The notes under the pieces were generated by a model that did not search any database, was not told where the DNA came from, and saw nothing but the letters and a program-made list of their open reading frames with translations. From a virus, in the IMG/VR virus record IMGVR_UViG_3300025118_004802, positions 1 through 64,000 of that record: 64,000 bases of DNA; one strand, 5' to 3'. Made by a program: the position numbers and the translations under genes. How positions within the stretch are numbered: position 1 is the stretch's first letter; each line of letters opens with the position of its first letter. This document shows, one piece after another, positions 40,569 to 50,687 of this stretch.

Positions 40569-41537
40569 CTACTTTTCAATCTGGTCGGAAATCCACTTAT
40601 AGGTTCTTTCCATTCCCACTCGTAGTGCTTGCGCCTCTATCGGTCCGACTTTGTCAGTGAATAAAGTGTTGTCCGAGTTGCGACCACGGACTCCCTCGGG
40701 GCCTGGAATGTTTTTTATCCCCAAATCCTTGCCGGATATTTCAATGGCCATCCTCGCGAACTCATTGATGGCAATCATCTCCTCAGAACCAATATTCACG
40801 GGGCCCACAAAATCAGAGTCCATTAGACGGCGCGTCATATCAAGGCATTCATCAATATAAAGAAAGGACCGAGTTTGTTTACCATCCCCCCACACTTCGA
40901 TCTGTGTGCTATCAGGCGCAAGGGCGACCTTTCTACAGAAAGCGGCGGGGGCCTTTTCACGGCCGCCGTCCCATGTCCCTTCCGGGCCAAAAATGTTATG
41001 ATAGCGTGCTATCCGCACTGTTAAACCGTAGTTCTTAGCAAAAGCCAGATAAAGACGCTCGCTAAAAAGCTTTTCCCACCCATATTCACTATCAGGTGAC
41101 GCCGGGTAGGCCGAATCCTCAACACATTTGGGATTGTCCGGATCCATTTGATTGTATTCGGGATACATACAGGCAGACGAGGAATAAAATACTCTTTTTA
41201 TACCCTTATCCACGCACTGACCCACAATGTTAAGATTAATCAATGCAGAGTTGTGCATTATATTTGCGTCGTTCTCCCCTGTAAAGATAAACCCTGCACC
41301 GCCCATGTCTGCGGCAAACTGATATACCTCATCAATATCCTCCGAGACCACCTCATCACACAATCGCGGGTCTTTAAGATCTCCAAGGATAAACTCATCC
41401 GCAACTTCAGCGCAGTTGAAATAATCATGTTCTTTGACATCGACGCCACGAACCCAATGACCTTCTGATTTCAACCGCTTTACCATGGCTCCCCCAATGA
41501 AGCCGCCAGCGCCACAAACTAGTATTCTCTTGCTCAT
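40569..41537 (-). CDS. NAD-dependent epimerase, GDP-mannose 3,5-epimerase-like
   Basis: GAGGFIG, FAADMGGAGFI, YSSSACMYP, YGWEK and GGREKAPAAFCRK. Start placed at ATG 41537 after GAGGAG. Confidence 0.85.
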   Translation of the reverse strand: MSKRILVCGAGGFIGGAMVKRLKSEGHWVRGVDVKEHDYFNCAEVADEFILGDLKDPRLCDEVVSEDIDEVYQFAADMGGAGFIFTGENDANIMHNSALINLNIVGQCVDKGIKRVFYSSSACMYPEYNQMDPDNPKCVEDSAYPASPDSEYGWEKLFSERLYLAFAKNYGLTVRIARYHNIFGPEGTWDGGREKAPAAFCRKVALAPDSTQIEVWGDGKQTRSFLYIDECLDMTRRLMDSDFVGPVNIGSEEMIAINEFARMAIEISGKDLGIKNIPGPEGVRGRNSDNTLFTDKVGPIEAQALRVGMERTYKWISDQIEK

Positions 41538-41538
41538 C

Positions 41539-42642
41539 TTATCTCTCCTCATATTCAAACAAGTTGCCATATTTTTCAGAAACACTCTGAATAACTGCTT
41601 TTCTTTCTCTAATCTTTACGTTGAAGCCTCTTCTGGCTACCCCGGCTGCGAAAGCTAGCTGCTGGGACTCGATAATCATTGTCGACTGCGGTTTGTAAGT
41701 CACACACTCAAACACTATCTGTTCATCGTTGTCATTGTTTTTTACGAACTCCTCTATTTGGAAATCTAGATGCCGCTCGTTAACCTCATCTGAAGCTATG
41801 CTTATAAGGGCGCTCATATCTTTGTCTTTTGCACAGAGGGCAAAAGCACGATTGTCTCTTGGAAAACAAGGCCCTCCATACCCATAGCCGTAACCTAGGT
41901 ATTTAGAACCTATTCTGCTATCACCACCAATCGCTTTTAAAACAACTTTCGGATCTCCATCGTAACTCTTAACGATGTCACCGACCATATTAGCATAGGA
42001 TATCTTGGTTGTTAAGAAGCAGTTTAGTGCAATCTTGGTTATCTCCGCCTCAGTGCACGACATCCTATTAAACTTTGGTCCACTCTTAGTAACCTTTTCG
42101 TAGACCTGTTGTATTGAATCCCCTGCCTGTTTGGTTCCTTCTCCTATCAGTATTATGTCCGGGTTTAACTGGTCCTTGATAATTGTACCTTGCGCTATAA
42201 ACTCTGGGTTATAGCTAACTGTGTAACCATATTGGCTGATCTCTTCAGTAACCCTTTCGCAGTATCCAGGCATCACAGTGCAGCAAACAACAAAATGCTT
42301 GTTGCTCACGGTGCCATAAGACTTTACCTTCTCAACAACAGAATCTACTTGGGAGTGATCGTATCTACCGTTATCCAAAGAGGGGGTGGCCACGATTACA
42401 AAGATTAAATCAGAAAACCGTAGCGCTTCTTCGACACTCGTTGAAGCTTTAAAATTTTTGCAGCTCCGTAAAAGTTCTTCGACCCCTTCTTCATCACTAT
42501 TAAGTGTTCTTGAGTTTACTTTATCGATGTATTCTTGGCTAATATCAACACCTAAGACGTTATAGCCAGCCTTCTCCAGAGTCAAGGAAAAACATATTCC
42601 CAATTTTCCAATGCCAATAACCGATATATTTTTCATACTCAT
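41539..42642 (-). CDS. UDP-glucose/GDP-mannose 6-dehydrogenase family protein
   Basis: IGIGKLG Rossmann motif, YNPEFIAQG and catalytic-Cys motif [10 protein letters not shown]. Confidence 0.85.
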   Translation of the reverse strand: MSMKNISVIGIGKLGICFSLTLEKAGYNVLGVDISQEYIDKVNSRTLNSDEEGVEELLRSCKNFKASTSVEEALRFSDLIFVIVATPSLDNGRYDHSQVDSVVEKVKSYGTVSNKHFVVCCTVMPGYCERVTEEISQYGYTVSYNPEFIAQGTIIKDQLNPDIILIGEGTKQAGDSIQQVYEKVTKSGPKFNRMSCTEAEITKIALNCFLTTKISYANMVGDIVKSYDGDPKVVLKAIGGDSRIGSKYLGYGYGYGGPCFPRDNRAFALCAKDKDMSALISIASDEVNERHLDFQIEEFVKNNDNDEQIVFECVTYKPQSTMIIESQQLAFAAGVARRGFNVKIRERKAVIQSVSEKYGNLFEYEER

Positions 42643-43463
42643 TTCAACCTACATTTCGCTAAAAAATGCCAACCTATCTCTTCGCACATCTCTTTATATT
42701 GAAAAGAGGTCATGTTCTTAAACTCATCCCTCACCACATATTTTTTATTTATATAATTTGGTATATCAAACTTAAAAACGTGGTCCTTTCTTAGTTCCAA
42801 AATTTCAAAATCCGAGAGCATCTTTTCCATCCCGGAACGCGTGTATGTTATTGCTCTTGGACAATTTAATTGCGCTTCAGCATAGTACTGTATAACTTCG
42901 TTGGACTTGGAAAAATCAACTGTTTCGCTTTGATACATAAAATCAAACAACTTAAAGCTATACTTAGCATAAACCATTAGCCGAAGTTCTCCACTCTTCT
43001 TCAACACTCTGTGGGCGCTGTCTATTATCTTTTGTGGATACTCAGAGTGGTGTATAACACCAAATGAATAAACAAGGTCAAACTTGTCTTTAATCTTGTT
43101 ATTCTCTAATAGCTCTGACAAGTTCTCTGCATTTCCTAGAATAAAGTTCGCCTGTAGCCCGTACACGTCAAATCTCTTCCTGCACAGATCTAGGCTCTCT
43201 TGAGATAACTCGATAACTGTTAAGTTGGCACCATTTCGAGCGAAGTTTATGCTATCGGTACCAATGCCACACCCAATTTCTAAAACATTTTTAGCCGTCC
43301 ATTTTTCAAACTCTGCAAATTGGGGGATGTGCGGCTCGACAAAGTATTTTCTTTTTTCAACTTCGTCGAAATATTCTTTGGTGCCGATATTCTTATCCGA
43401 ATGCTTGATATTGCAAGGCCTTTTATTCCAATAGTCCTTGATCTCTTCCATCAACATAGGCAT
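42639..43463 (-). CDS. Class I SAM-dependent methyltransferase
   Basis: VLEIGCGIG and [12 protein letters not shown]. Confidence 0.8.
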   Translation of the reverse strand: MPMLMEEIKDYWNKRPCNIKHSDKNIGTKEYFDEVEKRKYFVEPHIPQFAEFEKWTAKNVLEIGCGIGTDSINFARNGANLTVIELSQESLDLCRKRFDVYGLQANFILGNAENLSELLENNKIKDKFDLVYSFGVIHHSEYPQKIIDSAHRVLKKSGELRLMVYAKYSFKLFDFMYQSETVDFSKSNEVIQYYAEAQLNCPRAITYTRSGMEKMLSDFEILELRKDHVFKFDIPNYINKKYVVRDEFKNMTSFQYKEMCEEIGWHFLAKCRLK

Positions 43464-44221
43464 TATACATTCAACCTGAAAATTGGAATCGGGTTCATCT
43501 TATGGGAATTCCTTTTGTTGAAGTGTCTGTAGACTTCAAGAACCTCTTTCTCCCTTCCCGTCATATCCTCTGGGGCTTTTTCGGTTTCCATAGCCCATTC
43601 CAACTCTTCATAAGACGCCCCAATTTGCTCTTCGTCAGTCCTGTCATCTTCCCACAGGCCATCAGTGGGAGGCGCTGCTATGATCCTTGGGTTCACTTCC
43701 AGTTCTTTCGCCAGTCGTCGTACCTGAGTTTTTGTAAGGTCTGCTATCGGGCTTACGTCCACACCCCCGTCTCCGTATTTGGTGTAAAAACCAACGCCAA
43801 AGTCCTCCACTTTGTTCCCGGTACCAACCACGATTCCTTTGTTATTTGCCGCGGCGAAGTAAAGTATCATCATTCTCATGCGCGCCTTCGAATTAGCCTC
43901 AGCTAACTTGCTCGTACCAAGGTGGTCCGTGACGCCGGTAAGGAAAGAATCAAACGCGTCGGTAGCATCGATCTTCAAAGAAGACACATTCACATATTTC
44001 TCTGTCAACTCCTGGCAGTGTAGTTCCGACAAGCTAGTATTGACTGGTTTAGAGTTTATTGGCATATTTAAGACAAGTGTCTCTAATCCAGTTTGAGCGC
44101 ACAGAGTGGAAACAACAGCAGAATCTACACCTCCTGAAACACCGACCACAAAACAACTTAACCCGCTCTGCTCTAGGTAATCCTGCAACCATTTGGAAAT
44201 TTCCGTTTTCAGTCCATTCAT
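43463..44221 (-). CDS. nadE: NH3-dependent NAD+ synthetase
   Basis: [10 protein letters not shown]-loop, [28 protein letters not shown] and PPTDGLW. Start placed at ATG 44221 (ATGA overlap). Confidence 0.9.
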   Translation of the reverse strand: MNGLKTEISKWLQDYLEQSGLSCFVVGVSGGVDSAVVSTLCAQTGLETLVLNMPINSKPVNTSLSELHCQELTEKYVNVSSLKIDATDAFDSFLTGVTDHLGTSKLAEANSKARMRMMILYFAAANNKGIVVGTGNKVEDFGVGFYTKYGDGGVDVSPIADLTKTQVRRLAKELEVNPRIIAAPPTDGLWEDDRTDEEQIGASYEELEWAMETEKAPEDMTGREKEVLEVYRHFNKRNSHKMNPIPIFRLNV

Positions 44222-45093
44222 ACTAGTTCCCATCTATCGGGGTAAAACCCGTTTTCTACTCTTCCGTCATCAGGTACAGTATAATTTTTTGGTGCAATCA
44301 CTTTCTTACCTTCTTTTTCATTTAGGAATGCAGCCCAATAACCAAAAGAGGTCATGTGTGTGGTTATATGATGATCACAATTCTTCATAATTGCAAAATC
44401 CTGTATATCTGTTTGCTCCTCACAAAACAAAAATCTGCCTTCGTCCAAATTCTGCTTGCACCAAGCAATATCTGTTTGGTTATTACTCATTCCTGCGCGG
44501 CTGCCTCCTGAAAATACCAAGAATCTACAATTAATATTATCAAACTGTTCAATGGCTTTAAAGAAATATCTGCCAAAAATGCTCTCTTCAGACAACGTAT
44601 CTGCAGGCCCATAATAGTTTGCGTAATCAGGATTGGTGCCGTCTGTTAGATCGCCGCGGCGTATGTGCACGCTCACGATCTTCTCATTCCTGGTCTTGAG
44701 GCTTGCTAGGTATTCCTCTGCATATTCATCTAACTCTTTTCTCAACCGTAAATCAGCACGAACAGTTTTTTCGTGTTTAGCAAAGTATTGATAATTTTGA
44801 AAATACCCCGCAAGATCGGTGTTATCGCCTATCTGAAATACCTGAGGCCAATACGCAGCGTGGTGAGGTTCTGTAAAACGGAATCTTAGAGAGCGGTAAT
44901 CTTCGTCAGTCAGGAAATCACACCCAATGTTAAACTCTGTAAGCTGACAACGTTGGTTTTGCCACACAACCTGCTCCGGATCTGGGATCTTCATCTCATA
45001 TCCGGTTTCTAATGATACACTCCTCAACGCAGCATATTGAAAAAGCTGGTTGCCCAGCCTACCAAAATTTCCTAATTGCGTATATGTGATCAT
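44218..45093 (-). CDS. Glycosyltransferase family 11 (alpha-1,2-fucosyltransferase-like)
   Basis: GRLGNQLFQYA, GYFQ, VSVHIRRGD and SFGYWAAFL. Confidence 0.85.
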   Translation of the reverse strand: MITYTQLGNFGRLGNQLFQYAALRSVSLETGYEMKIPDPEQVVWQNQRCQLTEFNIGCDFLTDEDYRSLRFRFTEPHHAAYWPQVFQIGDNTDLAGYFQNYQYFAKHEKTVRADLRLRKELDEYAEEYLASLKTRNEKIVSVHIRRGDLTDGTNPDYANYYGPADTLSEESIFGRYFFKAIEQFDNINCRFLVFSGGSRAGMSNNQTDIAWCKQNLDEGRFLFCEEQTDIQDFAIMKNCDHHITTHMTSFGYWAAFLNEKEGKKVIAPKNYTVPDDGRVENGFYPDRWELV

Positions 45094-46478
45094 GGGGTAC
45101 CCAAAACCTCCTCCCACACGCTGCTTATCCGGGCGTCGTCATTGAATTTGTTGAAGTTTTCTCTGCTTTTAAGCTTAAACTTATTGAGAGATCTAGTATT
45201 CAATGTTAAAATTCCATTAAGTGCTGCGGCGAACGTATCCACGTCGTAAGTTTCCACAATTGCGCCCGATTCATCATCAATAAAATCCCATGCAATACAT
45301 CGGTCAAATGAGACGGTCGGGGTACCGTGGGCGGCCGCCTCCGGTATGGTGCGCGGCATCGCATCCTCTAAGGTAGTACACGCGTACACGTCCGCCGCTA
45401 ACAAAACATCAGTCACCCCTTGCTGACCAAGGAGCCCTGCTCCAAAAAATTGCAATTTCTTTGGTAAGAATGCCTTGCACTTTTCAAAGTCTTCAAGATT
45501 ACCTACCAAATAAAACGCAGTTTCTTGCATCTGCTCTTCGGAAAAATATTTCTTTTCTAAAAGGTGTAACGAATCCATATAGTATTTAAAACCCTTGCGA
45601 GGCAACAAAGGATCATAGCCTGACCACACACAAATATTTTTCAAATCTTGGCCAGTGACGGAACGCAGACCCTTCAATATCTTTTTTTTCTTCTTCCGCT
45701 TAAGTTTCAAAAATTCATTATTAGGCAAATCACTAGAACCTACGTTCTTCAAGGGAATGATATAATGAGGGAGTTCTTTAAGTAAAAAGCTACTTTGAGA
45801 TTGACGCTTTGCATATGTTGCCGGCAAACATATTTTTACGCGATCGCTGTTTTTTACCAAATCCAAACTTAGAAACTTTCTCATCTCCTCAAACTGTATC
45901 TCAGGAAAATTTGCACCAATGGGCCCCGCAGATGGATCGGCTTTTAGTTGATGTACAAATTCGCAATTATAACACCCACTCTCAAATTTATACTTATCGC
46001 AACGCGCTTCCTCTGGATAAGAACACAGCCCCGTATGGGTATTATGAACTAACCCATAAATAATCAATTGTGAATCAAAGTGTTCCATAATTTTAGCGGC
46101 CAACCGAAAATCTAAATCACTCTTGTCTGCCAGAATGATATTTTTGTGCTTAGGAAGTTTAGTAACATCAATCTCATCAATATAGGGTTGCGAGTGGAGC
46201 GGATCTGTTTCCTCATGCCCGTGTAAATGTAGAACTGAATATCTGAATCTAGGATTCACTAGTGGTGCTGGCAGAATCTGGCTCACGTTATACAAACTTT
46301 CTCTTTCAAAGATAGCGCCTTCGGTGCACAAATATGCGCAGTCTCTCTTAAGAGTCTCCTGAAAGTATTTAAAAACCTGAAAGAGGCCATGATTGTCTGA
46401 GCCTGCATAGTTATCAGTTCGACTTATGAATATCGTGTCAAATTCTTCATTAGACATGTCGTTAATGCTATTTATCAC
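45090..46478 (-). CDS. GT-B (GT4, WcaC-like) glycosyltransferase
   Basis: Cys cluster HTGLCSYP..CDKY..GCYNC, RKG, and EDAMPRTIPEAAAHGTP (E-x7-E-like). Confidence 0.7.
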   Translation of the reverse strand: MINSINDMSNEEFDTIFISRTDNYAGSDNHGLFQVFKYFQETLKRDCAYLCTEGAIFERESLYNVSQILPAPLVNPRFRYSVLHLHGHEETDPLHSQPYIDEIDVTKLPKHKNIILADKSDLDFRLAAKIMEHFDSQLIIYGLVHNTHTGLCSYPEEARCDKYKFESGCYNCEFVHQLKADPSAGPIGANFPEIQFEEMRKFLSLDLVKNSDRVKICLPATYAKRQSQSSFLLKELPHYIIPLKNVGSSDLPNNEFLKLKRKKKKKILKGLRSVTGQDLKNICVWSGYDPLLPRKGFKYYMDSLHLLEKKYFSEEQMQETAFYLVGNLEDFEKCKAFLPKKLQFFGAGLLGQQGVTDVLLAADVYACTTLEDAMPRTIPEAAAHGTPTVSFDRCIAWDFIDDESGAIVETYDVDTFAAALNGILTLNTRSLNKFKLKSRENFNKFNDDARISSVWEEVLGTP

Positions 46479-46484
46479 CTGTTT

Positions 46485-47102
46485 CTATCTAACCTCTATG
46501 TCTTTAAACAATTCAAACTCGGTCAAATCACGATAGGGAGGATCCTCCGGAATGTCCGGCATGTGTTCTGGGTAATTCTGCATCAGCATAAGGCCGCGGG
46601 TAGCTTGCTCGGGGCCCATATACATATTCCACCCCTCCTCTCCAATGTCATCCTCATGGTAGGGCACCGGGCTGCGACCTTCGTAGCGACCCTTCTTAAA
46701 CCACTCAACTGCCTCTTCATCATCAGTTAGAATCATGCCTCCTTTACCAATCTTTAGATGCTTCTTAATATGGAAAGACAGGCACATGTAGGCGCCGGGA
46801 ATATACATGTTAGAAGTAAACCTTTTTGCAGCATCCCAAATAGGAAACGGTTTAAATTGGTATATCCCTTCCCACTCAACGTCTTCGAACACCAAATTGC
46901 CGCCGGCCTGCATAATAGACTGCGGAGGGGACAAATAGGTACGTCTTGGTATTATAACGTCTTGGCCGCTGATGTCGTTATACATGCATGCTAAAAAAAG
47001 AGCGTTAGTACAGCTATCAGTCGATACAGCATAGGGCGCGCCGGTGTAATGGGCAACTTCTTCCTCAAACATTTCAACTATTTTATATGGGTTATGTAAC
47101 AC
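46485..47102 (-). CDS. DegT/DnrJ/EryC1/StrS-family PLP sugar aminotransferase (compact, 205 aa)
   Basis: FEEEVAHYTGAPYAVSTDSCTNAL, DAA and SFHIKKHLKIGKGGMILT (PLP lysine motif). Confidence 0.8.
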   Translation of the reverse strand: MLHNPYKIVEMFEEEVAHYTGAPYAVSTDSCTNALFLACMYNDISGQDVIIPRRTYLSPPQSIMQAGGNLVFEDVEWEGIYQFKPFPIWDAAKRFTSNMYIPGAYMCLSFHIKKHLKIGKGGMILTDDEEAVEWFKKGRYEGRSPVPYHEDDIGEEGWNMYMGPEQATRGLMLMQNYPEHMPDIPEDPPYRDLTEFELFKDIEVR

Positions 47103-47928
47103 TCTTTTCCACTTGCTCTGAAGGCCACCAATTATGTCTTACAAACCATAAATTATGTGCCTTGATAACCTCATCGGGCGGTGAGGCCACCCTAGCTACT
47201 TGTTCATCAACTCTCATGTCCAAACTAGTCCACTTTGATTCTTCTGATGTGGCGGAGGGCGAGCCTAGGCGCCTGCGGCGAAAAGTTTCGAAATCGTTCG
47301 AAACAGCTTCAAAATCAATAATATGATGTGTTCGATGTATCTCTTCAATCAGTTTTCTTTTGCATTCGAAACCATAAAAGTCATGTAATTCCATGGCGAT
47401 AAAGTCTATTTTATCATATGAATTAAAGTTTTTAAATATCTCATATTCGCTTCCCTCACAGTCAATCTTAAGATAATTTATCCTATCAACCTTAATTAAA
47501 TCAAATATATCATCTAAAGACACTGTCTCGCAACTTTCATCTAAATTTGAAAAATCTTCACTCTCAAAATCCGCACACGTAATGTTTCCACTGTAATTTT
47601 CTTTTTCTGCCCTCAATTGGACTTCCACACCGGAGTGGCCAGTTACCGCTTTTTGGAATACTTCCACGTTGTCAATCGACATTAGTTCACAAAAGTTTCT
47701 TATGATTTTGCAGTGTCTTTCGAACGGTTCAAATGCATATATCTTGTGGAATAATGCATTTGCATATATTGAAAATGCACCAATATTTGCACCAATGTCG
47801 ACCGCGATGGGCCATATCTGGCCCCGGTCAGGTACCGGGAGCGGGTAGCTGGCCCAACATTCTTTTACAAGCTCCTCCAAACTATCAATAACGTTCTCGT
47901 CGGTAAGGTTCGTAAATTGAGTACTCAT
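47092..47928 (-). CDS. FkbM-family methyltransferase
   Basis: VDIGANIG, YAFEP and LKIDCEGSEYEI. Confidence 0.85.
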   Translation of the reverse strand: MSTQFTNLTDENVIDSLEELVKECWASYPLPVPDRGQIWPIAVDIGANIGAFSIYANALFHKIYAFEPFERHCKIIRNFCELMSIDNVEVFQKAVTGHSGVEVQLRAEKENYSGNITCADFESEDFSNLDESCETVSLDDIFDLIKVDRINYLKIDCEGSEYEIFKNFNSYDKIDFIAMELHDFYGFECKRKLIEEIHRTHHIIDFEAVSNDFETFRRRRLGSPSATSEESKWTSLDMRVDEQVARVASPPDEVIKAHNLWFVRHNWWPSEQVEKSVT

Positions 47929-48449
47929 TGAACTGCCCCGGTCTTTCCCAGCAACATCAAATTCTGAACGGTCGTAGCTCTTAAAATCTCACCATTGTAC
48001 GTGAAAATTTTCACCGCCCCACCATAGGAGGTCAACTCCAAAATCTTATCTGCGGCGTCTTTCATACAAATGAGACCCATTTCACCATATGGTTCAACTT
48101 CCTCATTTCGTAGCTTTGTTAAAATCCCTCTCCCTATCAAAATTGGAAACTTCACAACTATTCCGTTTTCACAATTTTGCAACAAGTATGACTCTGCTAA
48201 ATTCTTATAATGTACATACCAGCAATCTTTTTCAGAAGTGGTAGAAACAAATATAATTTTAGATTTGTTATGTCGATCGGTGAAAAGCTTAAACTTTTCG
48301 TATTCGGTCGATTGAGCAGGTTTGGAGCGATCTTGAATATTCCATGTATGGTAAATATATGTTGAAATAGGTGATGATGCATCACTTTCTGTTAATCGTT
48401 TGTTAAGCACGTGGCCCAACTGTCCTCTTCCATTAATAAGCTTTATCAC
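47925..48449 (-). CDS. Compact SDR/RmlD-like nucleotide-sugar reductase
   Basis: NGRGQLG, IFVST and YVHYK (YxxxK); only 174 aa. Confidence 0.55.
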   Translation of the reverse strand: MIKLINGRGQLGHVLNKRLTESDASSPISTYIYHTWNIQDRSKPAQSTEYEKFKLFTDRHNKSKIIFVSTTSEKDCWYVHYKNLAESYLLQNCENGIVVKFPILIGRGILTKLRNEEVEPYGEMGLICMKDAADKILELTSYGGAVKIFTYNGEILRATTVQNLMLLGKTGAVQ

Positions 48450-48496
48450 AGTTCAAGAATACCATATAATGCCAAGATCGTTAATGGGCATCAAGA

Positions 48497-48904
48497 TTAG
48501 GCCTCTTCTTTATGGGCCTCTTTTTCCAACAAATAGTATTTCTTAACAAATCCACAACTTTCAAACAGCTTAATGCTTGCTTTGTTTTCAAGCTTAATCT
48601 TTGCAACTGCATCTGGATACAGTTGCATTATTTCATTAACCATAAATTTGCCCACCCCTCTCTTTTGAAAATCTGGATGAGTACATACTCCGATGTCTTC
48701 AGCCAGCACCCGAATAAAGCCGGCTGGTTTATCATCAACTAAACACAGGTGGAAACATTGGCCGTGAGACATCATATAGTCGACATGCTGTTCAGGGCGA
48801 ATCTCCTCTTGTTGGATAAACCCATACTTAACGCGCCCGTCGTTGCGCAGCCCTCTTATAAACTCCCAGTATTTAGGTTCATTTTTGACAAATTCTAACC
48901 GCAT
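48497..48904 (-). CDS. GNAT-family N-acetyltransferase (PseH-like sugar acetyltransferase)
   Basis: Acetyl-CoA motifs HPDFQKRGVG and NKASIKLFESCGF. Confidence 0.8.
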   Translation of the reverse strand: MRLEFVKNEPKYWEFIRGLRNDGRVKYGFIQQEEIRPEQHVDYMMSHGQCFHLCLVDDKPAGFIRVLAEDIGVCTHPDFQKRGVGKFMVNEIMQLYPDAVAKIKLENKASIKLFESCGFVKKYYLLEKEAHKEEA

Positions 48905-49677
48905 GATTTATATATATCTCCCAGTGGGTGCCCCAACCAATAAGCTTTCAAATAATCTCGTTCAAGAGATAAATCCATCCACTTATGAAGGGTGGTACCT
49001 ACATCAATATACGTGTTTTTCTCCGCAATGTTAAATAATTCATGAATCAATATTTCGCTAAGGCTGCTGGCGGAGAAAAGAAAGACGTGGTCTTGAATGT
49101 CGTTGTTTTGGACCCACTCGCACACCTCATCAATCAGGTGATGATCGTTGACAATGCAGTTTCTTCCAACTCGAAAATCCTTTACCACGTCAAAAGGAAG
49201 TGTTTGGATGTTCGCGTTTTCACTACATACCATAACGACTTTATGGTTGGCAAATTCTGGTACCATGTTGTTGACAAAGAGGGGGTAATTGGCGTTAACG
49301 AACAAATTTGTCGTGGTCCAATGTTCCTCGCCGTTATTATAGAGATCGCGCATCCACGGTATATACTCATTGATTGCGCACGTGCAATTAGCGCATCCTC
49401 CGCCGACAAAATAGTTCTTCTTTTTAAAGGAAAAGGCTTTTAAGAGCCTTTCTCTCACGATAGCGTCCCTTTCGGGTAAGAATTCTTTATAATCGTCGGG
49501 TGAGTATCCGAACCCATACCTTATGTCACCTACCTCTACATGACTCTCCCCTAAGAGGACCTTCTTATTTTGCATTACAAATACTTCACCATCCGAAAAC
49601 CGCGTAAACGCAAAGTGTTCCCCGTTTTTTAGCTTGTTCAGCAAGAAAAAAAAGTCCTCTACATACCCTTGCGACAT
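48895..49677 (-). CDS. GT-D fold (DUF1792-like) glycosyltransferase
   Basis: FTRFSDGE near the N-terminus and IDVG near the C-terminus. Confidence 0.6.
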   Translation of the reverse strand: MSQGYVEDFFFLLNKLKNGEHFAFTRFSDGEVFVMQNKKVLLGESHVEVGDIRYGFGYSPDDYKEFLPERDAIVRERLLKAFSFKKKNYFVGGGCANCTCAINEYIPWMRDLYNNGEEHWTTTNLFVNANYPLFVNNMVPEFANHKVVMVCSENANIQTLPFDVVKDFRVGRNCIVNDHHLIDEVCEWVQNNDIQDHVFLFSASSLSEILIHELFNIAEKNTYIDVGTTLHKWMDLSLERDYLKAYWLGHPLGDIYKSCG

Positions 49678-50687
49678 TACAAGCCTTCCTGTGTTAAAAT
49701 TTCAATTATTCGTTCAGATGAACGGCCGTCGCCATATGGGCATTCTTCATCCGGGTCCGGAATGGGATTGTTGTTTATTTCCTTAAAGATAGAAGACAGT
49801 TGACTGGGTTCACCACACAGCGTAGCAAAAACACCCATACCCTCACCTCGCTCGGTTGTTTTCCTACAGACAATGCACCGCTTGCGGAAAAAGGAAGATT
49901 CTTCTTGTAGGCCGCCACTATCAGTGATGACTAAGTGGCTTTCAGATAAAAGCTTAATAAACTCTTCATATTTCATAGCATCGACAGCCTTAACATTTTT
50001 AAGTAGGCCCTGGTGTTTGATGACATTAGGGTTTGGGTGGATCGGTAACACAAACTCTAGATCCGGATGCTGAGTCGCTAGAGTCTCGAAAGTAGCAAAC
50101 CATTCTTCTATGTCCGAATGATTCTCACGGCGGTGCATAGTCACCACCACTTTGTTTGTACGTTTCGGTACAATCTCTACCAAATTATCTAACACAGTGT
50201 TCCCTACCACATGGACGGACCCTGCCACCTTCTCGCGGTGAAGATTGGCTGCTGCAGTTTCCGTGGGGCACAAATGGACCGTGGCCAGTCTAGACAGGGC
50301 TTGTCGGTTAAATTCTTCTGGATACGGATTGTCAAGGTCATATGTACGCAACCCTGCCTCTAGGTGTATTACTTTAAGCTTCCTGTGAAAAGCTGCCAAG
50401 CCCACTGCAAATGCCGAGGTTGTGTCTCCCTGAACCAAGACATGAGTGGTGTCTTCGAAGGCCACACAGTTGTTTGGGGTTAGGATGGAGGAGACCAGCG
50501 CGTCGAGGCGATTGGTATCGCCTTTAATCAGCATCCTCTCTAAATTATTGTGGTCCAGGTGCGACAACAGATCTTCATGCTGTCCCGTAAACAACATCTT
50601 ATATTTAACGTCATGTTTCTGACATGCAGCGATGATGGGTTTAATTTTTATGTATTCAGGTCGAGTACCAAAACTAATTAATAACAT
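49677..50687 (-). CDS. wecB: UDP-N-acetylglucosamine 2-epimerase (non-hydrolysing)
   Basis: GTRPEYIK, TGQH, VQGDT, HLEAGLRT, PEE.NR, HRREN and TDSGGLQEE. Confidence 0.9.
   Translation of the reverse strand: MLLISFGTRPEYIKIKPIIAACQKHDVKYKMLFTGQHEDLLSHLDHNNLERMLIKGDTNRLDALVSSILTPNNCVAFEDTTHVLVQGDTTSAFAVGLAAFHRKLKVIHLEAGLRTYDLDNPYPEEFNRQALSRLATVHLCPTETAAANLHREKVAGSVHVVGNTVLDNLVEIVPKRTNKVVVTMHRRENHSDIEEWFATFETLATQHPDLEFVLPIHPNPNVIKHQGLLKNVKAVDAMKYEEFIKLLSESHLVITDSGGLQEESSFFRKRCIVCRKTTERGEGMGVFATLCGEPSQLSSIFKEINNNPIPDPDEECPYGDGRSSERIIEILTQEGL

Noticed and set aside
48450-48496. Possible internal extended -10 promoter (TTAACG-17-TATTCT, preceded by TG) before the RmlD-like gene
   Set aside because: Weak match in AT-rich DNA; cannot be supported without TSS data.
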